A stretch of DNA of 64,000 nucleotides. Origin: an uncultured Gammaproteobacteria bacterium. Its GTDB lineage: Bacteria > Patescibacteriota > Microgenomatia > Levybacterales > UBA12049. The notes beneath the pieces were generated by a model that did no database searches, was not told the origin of the DNA, and saw nothing but the letters and a program-made list of their open reading frames with translations. Of this stretch, positions 9,389-19,531 are shown in pieces (position 1 is the stretch's first letter; each line of letters begins with the position of its first letter). A program made the position numbers and the translations under genes. The stretch covers positions 39,151 through 103,150 of the forward strand of contig CAZCYO010000005.1 of NCBI GenBank assembly GCA_964503265.1, in the 5' to 3' direction.

Positions 9389-10717
9389 ATGCTGTATTCC
9401 ACCGAAGAATTAGACCGTCTCCTTACGACTTGCCTTACAGAAACCTCAGAAAGTGTGACTGTTACGAATGAAGCAGTTCTTAAAGAGACTGTTATTGATT
9501 TTCTTCACGGCGCAGCCCTTTTTAGTAAAGAAGATGCACTCAAAGAGCGTGCTCGAACCCTTATTCAGCGCATCGCAGATTCACTTCACATAGTTTCCGT
9601 CCCAACGACTAACCTCTATCATGCTTTCCAGACTGGTGAAGTGTCAGGATTTACTGTCCCAGCTATCAATCTTCGTATTATGCCGTATGAGGTTGGCTGC
9701 GAAATTTTTAAACTGATGAAGAAGCATGACATTGGTATCGTCATTTTCGAACTTGCAAGATCTGAGATGGGATATTCGGCCCAAACACCTGGGGATTTAG
9801 CTATTATCGTTTTAGCGGCGGCGATTAAATCCGGGTATAACGGAACGGTATTTATGCAGGGAGATCACTACCAGGTGAATAAAGAAGCATTTATAACTGA
9901 TGCAGTAGGTGAACTCAATAAACTCAAACAGCTTATCATCGATTCGATCAAGGCACAACTTTATAATATTGATATTGATGCCTCAACAATAGTTGATTTA
10001 TCACAACCAACGCTCCTGAAACAACAAGAACAAAATAGTACCATTACCTCAGAACTCACCAACTTTATTCGTATGCATCAGCCAGAGGGCGTCGATATTA
10101 TGATTGGAGGGGAAATTGGCCATATAGGGGACAAAAACAGCACAAAAGAAGACATGGATGCATTTATGCAGCAATATCTTCCTAAATTATATGGCAAAGG
10201 TCTTGGGAAAATGAGTATACAGACAGGGACAGAACATGGAGGGTCAATCGATGCACAAGGAAAGGTGCAAGAAATGGCAGTTGATATGGAGCTCATTGAG
10301 GCACTTGGTGAACATGCACGGTCCGTCTATTCCCTTTCAGGAGTCGTCCAACACGGCGCATCAACACTTCCCAAAAGCATGTTCTCCGAATTCCCTAAGC
10401 ATCATGCTGTTGAAATTCACCTTTCTACAGGCATTCAAAATATTGTATATGACTCTCTGCCAGAAACCTTGCGTAATACGATCTATACATGGCTCACTAT
10501 TAATTGTGATAAAGAAAGAAAAGCTGAATGGACTGACGAGCAGTTTTACTATCGAACACGCAAGAAAGCAGCTGCTGAATTTAAGGAGCAAATGTGGGAA
10601 TTATCAGAATCAGACAAACAGCCAATTGTAACTAATATCTCCTCTTACCTAGAAGAGCTATTCCTTTCTCTCGGAATGAAAGACACAAAAGCTACTGTTT
10701 CTCGCTACTATGCCTAG
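9389..10717 (+). CDS. class II fructose-bisphosphate aldolase family protein
   Basis: 442 aa; motifs align with the FbaA Zn-binding regions (VFMQGDHYQ vs ILHTDHCAK; GGEIGHIG; VVQHGAST). It is adjacent to pgk. Confidence 0.55.
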   Translation: MLYSTEELDRLLTTCLTETSESVTVTNEAVLKETVIDFLHGAALFSKEDALKERARTLIQRIADSLHIVSVPTTNLYHAFQTGEVSGFTVPAINLRIMPYEVGCEIFKLMKKHDIGIVIFELARSEMGYSAQTPGDLAIIVLAAAIKSGYNGTVFMQGDHYQVNKEAFITDAVGELNKLKQLIIDSIKAQLYNIDIDASTIVDLSQPTLLKQQEQNSTITSELTNFIRMHQPEGVDIMIGGEIGHIGDKNSTKEDMDAFMQQYLPKLYGKGLGKMSIQTGTEHGGSIDAQGKVQEMAVDMELIEALGEHARSVYSLSGVVQHGASTLPKSMFSEFPKHHAVEIHLSTGIQNIVYDSLPETLRNTIYTWLTINCDKERKAEWTDEQFYYRTRKKAAAEFKEQMWELSESDKQPIVTNISSYLEELFLSLGMKDTKATVSRYYA

Positions 10718-11888
10718 TCATATCCATTATATTGACGATGAGAATATTGAGCACAAACGAGTTATAATCCGTGTTGATTATAATGTCTCACTCAATTCTG
10801 ACCACTCAATAGGAAATGATGAACGAATCAGACAATCTATCCCAACCCTTCTCTCCCTTCTAAAACAGCACAACAAACTCATTCTACTCGCACATTTAGG
10901 CAGTCCAAAAGGGATTGACCCAACACTTTCACTTCGTCGTGTCGCAAATGATTTACAAAAATTAATCCCAGATTACGAAGTAAAGCTCGTTAAGGATTTT
11001 CATGATGCCGATGTCTTTGCATCACAAACAGAAAAACAAGTTTTTCTTATAGAAAACATTCGGTTCTTCACAGGTGAACAGGAAAACTACCCCGCATTTG
11101 CAAAAGAACTAGCCTCACTTGGAGATATCTATGTGAATGATGCGTTTAGCGTCTCGCATCGAGAAGCTTCTTCAGTTGTCGGTCTGCCGCTTCTCCTCCC
11201 GTCCTACGGAGGCTTACTCCTTAAAAAAGAGGTAGAAACACTAACGACTGCTCTTAAAGAGCCCAAACACCCTTTTGTCGCAGTTCTTGGTGGTGCTAAG
11301 GTATCGAGTAAAATTCACTTAATTAAACGGCTAATTGAAGTTGCAGATACTATTTTAATTGGTGGTGGCATGGCTAATACATTTTTTAGAGCCGCAGGAC
11401 TTGAAGTTGGAAAAAGTTTTTATGAACCTTCGGCACTTGCGGAGGCGAAAAAACTACTTGTCTATGCTGAACAAAAGAAAACGAAGTTGCTTCTTCCACA
11501 GGATGTAACCACAGGTGAAGAAGTTACGGGAAATATCAGTCAGACGAAACGGCTTAATGACATTACAAAGAAAGATCAAATCCTTGATATCGGACCGGAG
11601 ACAGAAGCACTATTCGGGAGTATCATCGCTGAAGCCAAAACCATTATTTGGAATGGTCCTGTTGGGTATTTTGAGAATCCGCATTTCAGACACGGGACAG
11701 ATTTTCTTTATTACGCAATTTCTGAGAATGAACATGCCTTATCAATTATCGGAGGTGGCGAAACCCTCGCAGCTGTTTCAAACAAGGAACATGTAGATAA
11801 AATTAGTCACATTTCAACTGGTGGTGGAGCAATGCTTGAATTTATCGAAAAAGGAACACTACCAGGGATTGAAGCGCTCAAGAGGTAG
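10710..11888 (+). CDS. pgk: phosphoglycerate kinase
   Basis: 392 aa; RVDYNV N-terminal motif, GGGMANTF and STGGGAMLEF hinge/C-domain motifs. Confidence 0.95.
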   Translation: MPSHIHYIDDENIEHKRVIIRVDYNVSLNSDHSIGNDERIRQSIPTLLSLLKQHNKLILLAHLGSPKGIDPTLSLRRVANDLQKLIPDYEVKLVKDFHDADVFASQTEKQVFLIENIRFFTGEQENYPAFAKELASLGDIYVNDAFSVSHREASSVVGLPLLLPSYGGLLLKKEVETLTTALKEPKHPFVAVLGGAKVSSKIHLIKRLIEVADTILIGGGMANTFFRAAGLEVGKSFYEPSALAEAKKLLVYAEQKKTKLLLPQDVTTGEEVTGNISQTKRLNDITKKDQILDIGPETEALFGSIIAEAKTIIWNGPVGYFENPHFRHGTDFLYYAISENEHALSIIGGGETLAAVSNKEHVDKISHISTGGGAMLEFIEKGTLPGIEALKR

Positions 11889-11933
11889 GATATTTACATC
11901 GTCTTCTTTTTTCCCCTATACTTAAAAAACACT

Positions 11934-13151
11934 ATGCAACACGGGTTAATTACTGAGGGGTTTGAGCGTGCGCTCTCTGATCTTAAACAGAATACGACAC
12001 CTCATGGATTACTGGCAGCTTCTCCCCACACGCTTGAGGCTAAGAAGAAAAACTACACCTCTCTTTTTAGTCGAGATATTGGTGTTTCTTCACTTGGAAT
12101 CTTATTATCCGAAGACGAACAACTTATTAAAACACTAAAGGTGTCACTTGAGAACTTAGTTCTCGCACAATCTGATCGTGGCCAATTCCCTTTTTATTAC
12201 AAACCAGAGGTACAAAAAGTTCAATGGTTTAATCCAGGCTCAATTGATAGTACGCTGTGGTGGTGCATTGCCTTTCTCCACTATAAAAAACATGTCAATG
12301 ACACAGCTTTTTACGAAAAGTACCTGCCTAATCTTGAGAAGGCATTTGCCTGGCTCTCCTACCAGGACACAAATAACGACACATTGCTTGAACAAGGTGA
12401 AGCGTCTGATTGGGCAGATGAGATGCCTCGAATAGGAACGGTCCTTTATACAAACACACTTTGGTATTGGTTAGTCAAACTTCGCTGCGAGGTCGAGAAC
12501 AAAGAAGAACTTGAGAAGCTCCGAGATGAAATACATGACGCGTTTAATTCACTCTTTTGGATTCATAAACAAACAAGTAGTAATATGGAATACATTCCTA
12601 AAAACAGCTATACAGAGAAGAATGTGTTTGCGCCAGCACTACTTGAGTATATTAACTCGAAAGTGGTATTTCTCCCGTATTATTTAGGCTATGTCTCACA
12701 TAAAACATACGAGATGCGTTGTGAAGTATATGGAAATCTCTTAGCCTGCATCACCGGACTTGCAGATAAAGAAAAAGCTGCTCAAATTACTGATTTTCTG
12801 TTTCGTTCTGCAACCAATCTCCCCTATCCAGTTAAAGCGCTCTATCCTCCTATTTATCCAGGTGAGCCAGACTGGCGAGACTACATGGCAAAAGGGAGAC
12901 AAAACTATCCATGGCAATACCATAACGGCGGCATTTGGCCATATATCGGTGGTTTTTGGGTGATGTGGTTAGCAAAACAACATCCTGAGAGAGCTGAAGA
13001 AGAACTCCATAATCTATCACGCGCAAACAGTGTTAGTAACTGGGAGTTTAATGAATATCTCCATGGAGAATATGGAACACCTATGGGTGTAGCGAAGCAA
13101 TCCTGGAATATGAGTATGTATATTGCGGCATACAAAACTCTTTTTTCCTAG
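11934..13151 (+). CDS. six-hairpin (alpha/alpha)6 glycoside-hydrolase-like protein (GH63 / amylo-alpha-1,6-glucosidase-like)
   Basis: 405 aa; W/Y-rich with GEASDWADEM and YHNGGIWP motifs typical of (alpha/alpha)6-barrel glycosidases. Confidence 0.4.
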   Translation: MQHGLITEGFERALSDLKQNTTPHGLLAASPHTLEAKKKNYTSLFSRDIGVSSLGILLSEDEQLIKTLKVSLENLVLAQSDRGQFPFYYKPEVQKVQWFNPGSIDSTLWWCIAFLHYKKHVNDTAFYEKYLPNLEKAFAWLSYQDTNNDTLLEQGEASDWADEMPRIGTVLYTNTLWYWLVKLRCEVENKEELEKLRDEIHDAFNSLFWIHKQTSSNMEYIPKNSYTEKNVFAPALLEYINSKVVFLPYYLGYVSHKTYEMRCEVYGNLLACITGLADKEKAAQITDFLFRSATNLPYPVKALYPPIYPGEPDWRDYMAKGRQNYPWQYHNGGIWPYIGGFWVMWLAKQHPERAEEELHNLSRANSVSNWEFNEYLHGEYGTPMGVAKQSWNMSMYIAAYKTLFS

Positions 13152-13262
13152 AAGTTTCCGAGTACTTCTCGCTAATGCGCTGAGTATAACGTATGTGAAA
13201 CAACCCCGCGATTGAAGTCTTATTCGCTATTCAGTTCCTCCCCACTATGATACAATAGATCT

Positions 13263-13952
13263 ATGGAATTAGTGGATTTTATCCTACACTTCGATGAGCA
13301 CCTGGTCAACATTATTAACTCCTTAGGCTCTGTTTCCTATATAATTCTTTTTTTTATTGTTTTCGCTGAAACAGGACTCGTTGTCACACCATTTCTCCCC
13401 GGAGATTCTCTTCTATTTGCTGTAGGCGCAGTCTCCACAAGTACGAATCTTAATTTTTGGATTGCCTATGTTGTGTTATTACTCGCTGCAATACTCGGTG
13501 ATACGGTTAACTATTGGATCGGACATTTTATTGGCCCCCGTGTCTTTGCGAAAGGGGATTCAAAGATTTTTCGCAAAGAGTATTTAGAAAAAACAGCTGC
13601 TTTTTATGATAAATATGGAGGAAAGACCATTATCCTTGCTCGGTTTGTGCCAATTGTTCGGACCTTTGCTCCATTTGTGGCTGGGGTCGGAAGAATGAAA
13701 TATCGTACCTTTATTACCTACAATATCGTCGGGGGGGTTATCTGGGTCACATCACTTATGGTACTTGGTCGTTTATTTGGTAGTATTCCAGTTGTTGAGA
13801 AGAACTTTGAATATGTCGTAATTGCTATCGTTCTTTTTTCACTTTTGCCTATGGTGTATGAATATATTAGCCACAAGAGAAGCACAAAGAGCAGTAAAAA
13901 GACCACCCAGCTTGATTATCAGGCTGTTAAAGAATCAGTTAAAAAAGAGTAA
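13263..13952 (+). CDS. DedA/SNARE-associated family membrane protein
   Basis: 229 aa; ETGLVVTPFLPGDSLLFAVGA DedA signature; multi-TM. Confidence 0.8.
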   Translation: MELVDFILHFDEHLVNIINSLGSVSYIILFFIVFAETGLVVTPFLPGDSLLFAVGAVSTSTNLNFWIAYVVLLLAAILGDTVNYWIGHFIGPRVFAKGDSKIFRKEYLEKTAAFYDKYGGKTIILARFVPIVRTFAPFVAGVGRMKYRTFITYNIVGGVIWVTSLMVLGRLFGSIPVVEKNFEYVVIAIVLFSLLPMVYEYISHKRSTKSSKKTTQLDYQAVKESVKKE

Positions 13953-14005
13953 CTAAAAGCCTTACAGCTTGATTCGTACCTCATCCATCGCATATAATAC
14001 TCTCT

Positions 14006-14983
14006 ATGGGATGGGTATTTATTCTTCTTACGATTGTAGGACTCGCACTATTTGAGATCATCACCAGTATTGATAATGCCATTATTAATGCTGAGGTACT
14101 TTCTACGATGAGTGCAAAAGCACGTCGATGGTTTCTCACGTGGGGTATTTTCTTTGCAGTGTTTTTAATGCGAGGACTTCTCCCCTTTCTTATCCTTTTT
14201 GCAGCCACACCGGAACTAGGGGTAGTTGGCACATTGACGGCAGCGTTTTCTAATGACCCACACATAGCCGAAGTCGTTAAAGAGTCATCCCATGTTCTTC
14301 TTATTGCTGGGGGTGTTTTCCTTATTTTCCTCTTTTTTCATTGGCTCTTTTTAGAACCTAAAAATTTCGGCCTTAAAGGAGAAAGATTCTTCCAAAAACA
14401 AGGGGCTTGGTTTTATGCAGTAATCTCTGTTCTATTGACTGCTATCGTCTGGCTGGCATTTCGAGACAATCATCCATTACTTCAATTTGGTGCTGTTGTA
14501 GGCTCCACAGCGTTCTTTATTATTCATGGGTTCCGTTCCTTTGCCGAAGAGCAGGAAAAGAAATTACTCTCAGGCGGCATGTCTGATGTAGCAAAAATCG
14601 CATATCTTGAAGTATTAGACGGAAGTTTCTCGATTGACGGTGTTATTGGAGCTTTTGCTTTTACCTTTGCTATTCCGCTTATTCTTATAGGTAATGGTAT
14701 TGGAGCGATTGTACTAAGGCAGTTAACAATTCGAAATATTGAGCGAATTAAGCAATATAAATACTTAAAGAACGGAGCCATGTACTCCATTCTTGTCCTT
14801 GGTGTGGTCATGCTCCTTCATAGTTTTGGCATTGAAGTACCAGAATGGATCTCGCCTGTTGTCACTTTTGCTACTGTTGGCTATTTCTATTATAAATCAC
14901 GAATTAATATGGACCACGTCCAAGAAGCACTGGTATTAACAAAACATACGACGAGTAATCCTACTAAGAAGAAAAAGAAATAA
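14006..14983 (+). CDS. TerC/DUF475-family integral membrane protein
   Basis: 325 aa; about 8 TM segments; N-terminal SIDNAIINA motif reminiscent of TerC-family transporters. Confidence 0.45.
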   Translation: MGWVFILLTIVGLALFEIITSIDNAIINAEVLSTMSAKARRWFLTWGIFFAVFLMRGLLPFLILFAATPELGVVGTLTAAFSNDPHIAEVVKESSHVLLIAGGVFLIFLFFHWLFLEPKNFGLKGERFFQKQGAWFYAVISVLLTAIVWLAFRDNHPLLQFGAVVGSTAFFIIHGFRSFAEEQEKKLLSGGMSDVAKIAYLEVLDGSFSIDGVIGAFAFTFAIPLILIGNGIGAIVLRQLTIRNIERIKQYKYLKNGAMYSILVLGVVMLLHSFGIEVPEWISPVVTFATVGYFYYKSRINMDHVQEALVLTKHTTSNPTKKKKK

Positions 14984-14984
14984 G

Positions 14985-17645
14985 CTATTGTTTCCTCGCA
15001 AACGCTGCAGAAAAAACATCATCTTTTATAAACTCACCCTGATAACTTGCAACCCCTTGCTGCTTTACCACATCTGGCGAGGCCTGAAGCAGCATAAAAG
15101 ACGGCGGGAAGGTAACAGACACACTCAATGGATCCTTCAACGTTCCCGGCTGCTTAAACAGTGTTAGCTGATAGGTAAAGGATTTATCATTTTTATCTCC
15201 AGGCAGTGCATACGTCAGCGTAAGTTTCTTCTCAGTCCCACTCGGAACAGTAAGATGAACACCATACAGCGTCCTCCCTTTTTCTTCTGTTTTTTCAAGC
15301 TCAATGTCTTTTGGTTGTTTAAATGATCTACTTGTATAAATAGCAGCGTTCGTTTCTGCAGGAATGGTAGACTGTTCAATATTATTTACAGCAAGCGAAA
15401 TGAACTGGCTTTGGAGTGGTGTAATGAAACGAATGTACACATCATAATCTCCCCCATAGAGTGACTGGGGTGTGCTCTCATTTTTTAACGTGACTGAGGT
15501 TCCCGCCATGAGAACACCTTTTTCATCAATTTTAACAGTATGATCAAGCGCTCTCGTGACGTAATTATTTACTTTGTTCTGCCCTAGATTCATTTCATTA
15601 ACCCCCATGAAGTCTTCAATCACCGATGGGTCACCTAGTACTGCTGGAACTGACGATGAGAGGTTATTTGTCGCAAGAACTTTTTCGAGCGCCTCATCAT
15701 TTACAGTAAACATGATGTGTTTTTCTTTCAGTCCTTGACTTATAAATTGCAAAAACTTGCCTGCATTCTGTTTCTCTGAGAAAACCTTTTCCCTAATTGC
15801 GGTATATGTCGCCGAGAGAATGGTTTTTTTCTGTGAGGAGCCAGGGAAGAATTTATCTTGTGTTTTTGTTTCAAGTAGTGTGAATGCGTTCTCTGACGTA
15901 ATTGACTGGTTGTAATCAGGAAGCGGAATTGGACCAGTAATGGCTAATAACGCTTCAAGCGCCGTCGCATCAATACTAAGCACCCCAGACACGGTATCTC
16001 CTGTTTCTTTTTGTAGAAAAAATTGTGCTCGTTCTGCATTCTTTGGGAAATCGATAGAATAGTTGCTGTCACGCAAATACCAGTGTGATGCACCTAAGTA
16101 TCGTCTCAGGGCAAATGGTGGCTCTACATGACCTTTTAATTGACCGTCTGCATCATAGACATCGTGCAGTGTTAACGATTCAATTTTCCCTTTGTGAAAG
16201 GTGAGCAGTCCATATGACCCAATGAACCCCCCACCTGCACGTAATTCTTTGTTGTTTTGAAAAAGGACTAAGTAGGTCTTTTTTTGTGGAAATCCCGTTA
16301 ACGACGGGAGTGCGTCAACGGTAGCTGACAGGACGCCCAGCGATGTTTTATAGGGAGCTAATTGTGATGAAATCAGCGTCGGCAATGAATCCTCGGCTTC
16401 AAGTCGTTGGAATACTGTAATGCCACGTTTAAGTCTATCTGTGACAAGTAATATATCTTTATCGGGATTACGACTCTGACCATTTGTGATTTGCTCATAC
16501 GTTTTTCCAGCTTGAACAAACAACAATCCAGCAGTACTAATATCATCCCCTGCCCCAACAATACTATGGAAAAATGATGAAGGAGATGTGATGGCTACTG
16601 ATTCAAGCAGTGAAAGCGGGAAAGAAACTGTTTCTGAAAAAGCAAACAATTGCTTTGCATATCGGAAATCCCTTTCGCCATTTGCAAATGATGCATGAGA
16701 CAGTTCAGACACTGCCTGTTTCAAAAACAATCCTCCAGCAAGAGCTGTTGACACACTCACTGAAAACGGAAGAATTGTTAAAAAAAAGAAAAGAAACGCG
16801 AGCCATCTCCATTCAAACGAAATATGGAAAGAGGAGAACCGTGATTGTTTTTTTTGAGTAACGTGCTCTGACGGAAGAACAGTTGGAAATGGCAGTGTTC
16901 GAATCCATTCGCGTAATGGAGGAAAGGATAGATATTCTCCATTTTCAGGAATAACATACGTAAGACTCTCCCCTTTTCCTGATATAAAATCTAATCGAAC
17001 ATCAGGATAGATATTTTTTAATTCTCGCGCAAAAGAAAGCATCGTGACGGGATGTTTCGAAAAAAGAAAATATGTTTGGCCTTTTTCCGCTTTGCCAAAC
17101 ACGACACCAATGACTCCACCTAAAAGATAAGGAAGGGGCGTCGGATATAACGAAGACAATCCGTTATTATGTAGTTTGAGAGAACCATATGTTAACGCTT
17201 CTAAAAAAAGAGTATTAACTTGTGAGACTATTTCTCCCCCACCGATATCTCCGTATAAGAAGAGGAGAGAATCCGGAGCCAGACGTTTTATCGCTGCGAT
17301 TTTTTCTTTATTCATACAATAAATGGAGGTAAGTAACACAAGTGGGGAACCGACTGATTGTGCTTTTCTAGAAAACTGGGGGAGAAGATTAATAAGCTCA
17401 TTTTCACCTTCGAAAAGGAGAAAGATGTGGGAGAAGGAATCGTCGGGTATCCTCGGTATTTTAGCTTTAAAGGGGATATGAAGATAGGGAAGAGAGTCCT
17501 GAAGGTGAGCGTTTGTAACGAGTGCGACAGAGAAATCCCCTAGAAGTGAGCGTGCAAGAGCATCTCCGATGATGCCTCGTTTATCGATAATCAAGATTTT
17601 AGAATCTGGCGTTGTTTCTTGAGACATCAAGAAGGGAGAAGTCAT
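14985..17645 (-). CDS. large membrane-anchored hypothetical protein (cytoplasmic Rossmann-like N-domain, one TM, ~580-aa extracytoplasmic domain; DUF4012-like?)
   Basis: 886 aa; TM around residues 270-300 (WRWLAFLFFFLTILPFSV); adjacent to an O-antigen-ligase-like gene. No catalytic motif recognised. Confidence 0.3.
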   Translation of the reverse strand: MTSPFLMSQETTPDSKILIIDKRGIIGDALARSLLGDFSVALVTNAHLQDSLPYLHIPFKAKIPRIPDDSFSHIFLLFEGENELINLLPQFSRKAQSVGSPLVLLTSIYCMNKEKIAAIKRLAPDSLLFLYGDIGGGEIVSQVNTLFLEALTYGSLKLHNNGLSSLYPTPLPYLLGGVIGVVFGKAEKGQTYFLFSKHPVTMLSFARELKNIYPDVRLDFISGKGESLTYVIPENGEYLSFPPLREWIRTLPFPTVLPSEHVTQKKQSRFSSFHISFEWRWLAFLFFFLTILPFSVSVSTALAGGLFLKQAVSELSHASFANGERDFRYAKQLFAFSETVSFPLSLLESVAITSPSSFFHSIVGAGDDISTAGLLFVQAGKTYEQITNGQSRNPDKDILLVTDRLKRGITVFQRLEAEDSLPTLISSQLAPYKTSLGVLSATVDALPSLTGFPQKKTYLVLFQNNKELRAGGGFIGSYGLLTFHKGKIESLTLHDVYDADGQLKGHVEPPFALRRYLGASHWYLRDSNYSIDFPKNAERAQFFLQKETGDTVSGVLSIDATALEALLAITGPIPLPDYNQSITSENAFTLLETKTQDKFFPGSSQKKTILSATYTAIREKVFSEKQNAGKFLQFISQGLKEKHIMFTVNDEALEKVLATNNLSSSVPAVLGDPSVIEDFMGVNEMNLGQNKVNNYVTRALDHTVKIDEKGVLMAGTSVTLKNESTPQSLYGGDYDVYIRFITPLQSQFISLAVNNIEQSTIPAETNAAIYTSRSFKQPKDIELEKTEEKGRTLYGVHLTVPSGTEKKLTLTYALPGDKNDKSFTYQLTLFKQPGTLKDPLSVSVTFPPSFMLLQASPDVVKQQGVASYQGEFIKDDVFSAAFARKQ

Positions 17646-17715
17646 ATACCTATTGTAGAAGAAGGAGAAAGTAATGTCTAGGAAGTGAGGTTTGGGTTGT
17701 TTTAGAGCGCTGTTC

Positions 17716-19122
17716 CTATATTTTTCGTTTCTTTGCTTTCAAAATAGTTGAATTAGCAAGCTGATTACTACTTTTCAAAGCAAAATGAATAATGATTGCA
17801 ACACTAAATCCAAGGAGTAATTGTCCCTGTTGTAGCGTCCAAAAATAATGATCTGTTGCACCGAGCATGATGACAAGCAGCAGAAGCATAAGCGACACAA
17901 TAGCGTTTCGCTTGATACACAAGATACTAAGGTAAAGGGTTGTTGCCGTAATACACATGGCGAAAGGAACACCCAATTCTGCTGCGATGAGAAGAATGAG
18001 AACATGTACTGGTTGTAGCAGATCAAAAGGAAGCGTGGGAAATGTTTTCCCGAGCACTGGAAGAAACCCATATAACCCTGTGCCAAAAAACTGATGTGTG
18101 CGTATAATCTCGAGGCTTGCATGAAATAAGAATTCGCGACTCGTCACTGCGTCATTTGTTCGGGTAATCGTTTCAAACCTCCCGATAAGTGAGGGAAGAA
18201 AAATAAGAATAGGTAGAACACTCGCGACAAGTATTCCTATGGCTTTTCGCTTCGAGAAGATCTTGCTGAGAAAAATAAAGAGCATCACTGGAAAGAGGAG
18301 AAGCGCAGTTCGGCTAAACGTCATAAATAATGTACACGTGAATAAAAAAAACAGACCTACAGACAAAAACCTTCCATACTTCCAGGAGAAAAGTTTTGGG
18401 ACGAATAACAGGAAGGCTAAAGCGATAAGTAAATAGGCGGCTAATACATTTGGGTGAGGGAGGGTGCCATACGGGCGGAGAACAAGTTCTCCAAAAATTG
18501 ATGCATTCGCAATTCCGGGCGTGTCACCGTGGAACATCCTCTCTCCAATATAATACCAAAACCCACCAAGTGATCCTCCCGATACGAACTGAGAGATCCC
18601 AAGTACCGCTTGAAGAGTCACTCCAAGAAGAAAGATACGAATGGCGCGATACATATCCAGCTCTGACTTACACAGATAAAAGGCGTAACAAGAAAAAAAG
18701 ATTATTTCGCTAGCCTTGACCCATCCGTAAAGAGTAGCCAAAGGAGTTACAGCAAAATAGCAATTGAGTCCAATAAAAAGACTGCCAAGAAGCAAAAAGA
18801 CAAGTCGAGGAAGTCGGCGGTCGAGAAACGGAACAGGAACGGAAGCCCAAAGGACATCACGGATAGACAATCGTTTTTTAACTACAGTAACAACAGAATG
18901 TAGGAAAAGGAGCAGAAGAAGGACATCGGATACATAAACAGTTGGGGAAAGATAATCTAACCGAAGACCATGAATATAAGAAAATGGGAACCAAAAATGA
19001 CGACCAAATTGGGTGGGGAGTAAGAATAACAGTAGATAAAAAATGAGGGAACTAAACTCGTGGTCTGATAACCAGAACGCGATCTTTACCTTCTCCCATT
19101 GATTCAGATTCAACCTCTTCAT
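17716..19122 (-). CDS. O-antigen ligase/polymerase (Wzy_C)-family polytopic membrane protein
   Basis: The ORF runs to 19197 but overlaps jag; an internal Met at ~19122 is a more likely start. At least 10 TM segments and a FSRTALLLF motif typical of the Wzy_C domain. Confidence 0.5.
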   Translation of the reverse strand: MKRLNLNQWEKVKIAFWLSDHEFSSLIFYLLLFLLPTQFGRHFWFPFSYIHGLRLDYLSPTVYVSDVLLLLLFLHSVVTVVKKRLSIRDVLWASVPVPFLDRRLPRLVFLLLGSLFIGLNCYFAVTPLATLYGWVKASEIIFFSCYAFYLCKSELDMYRAIRIFLLGVTLQAVLGISQFVSGGSLGGFWYYIGERMFHGDTPGIANASIFGELVLRPYGTLPHPNVLAAYLLIALAFLLFVPKLFSWKYGRFLSVGLFFLFTCTLFMTFSRTALLLFPVMLFIFLSKIFSKRKAIGILVASVLPILIFLPSLIGRFETITRTNDAVTSREFLFHASLEIIRTHQFFGTGLYGFLPVLGKTFPTLPFDLLQPVHVLILLIAAELGVPFAMCITATTLYLSILCIKRNAIVSLMLLLLVIMLGATDHYFWTLQQGQLLLGFSVAIIIHFALKSSNQLANSTILKAKKRKI

Positions 19123-19531
19123 CAGCTTGGAGAAGCATGTGGATAACGCGTCGCTCCCATGACTTAAGATCTGAAAGAACAACTTCTCGTTGTTCACTAA
19201 CGACTCTCTCTCGTGTTTGAGATGCTAATTTCTCAAGATATTCTTGTCTATTCTTTTTATAGTCTCCTACCTCAACAGAGACACGGATAAATCTTCCAAT
19301 TTTCTTCGCAACCATGAGTGAGAGAACAAGTTGGATTGCTTCAAGGGTTTCGCCATGATACCCAATAACCATACCGCCATCTTCTGTTTCTAAAACAACG
19401 TGAATCATTTCGTTTTGTTCTTCAACAGTTGCACTTCCTGAGATATCAAGCGTTGCAAATAAATCATCAACCAGGGTTTGAACCTGTGATAATTCTTCGG
19501 TTGTTAGTGGTGTATATGTATTATTTTCCAT
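19052..19531 (-). CDS. jag: Jag/KhpB-like KH + R3H RNA-binding protein
   Basis: 159 aa; conserved position after yidC; R3H-like C-terminus (VVLSDLKSWERRVIHMLLQADEEVESESMGEGKDRVLVIRPR). Confidence 0.8.
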   Translation of the reverse strand: MENNTYTPLTTEELSQVQTLVDDLFATLDISGSATVEEQNEMIHVVLETEDGGMVIGYHGETLEAIQLVLSLMVAKKIGRFIRVSVEVGDYKKNRQEYLEKLASQTRERVVSEQREVVLSDLKSWERRVIHMLLQADEEVESESMGEGKDRVLVIRPRV

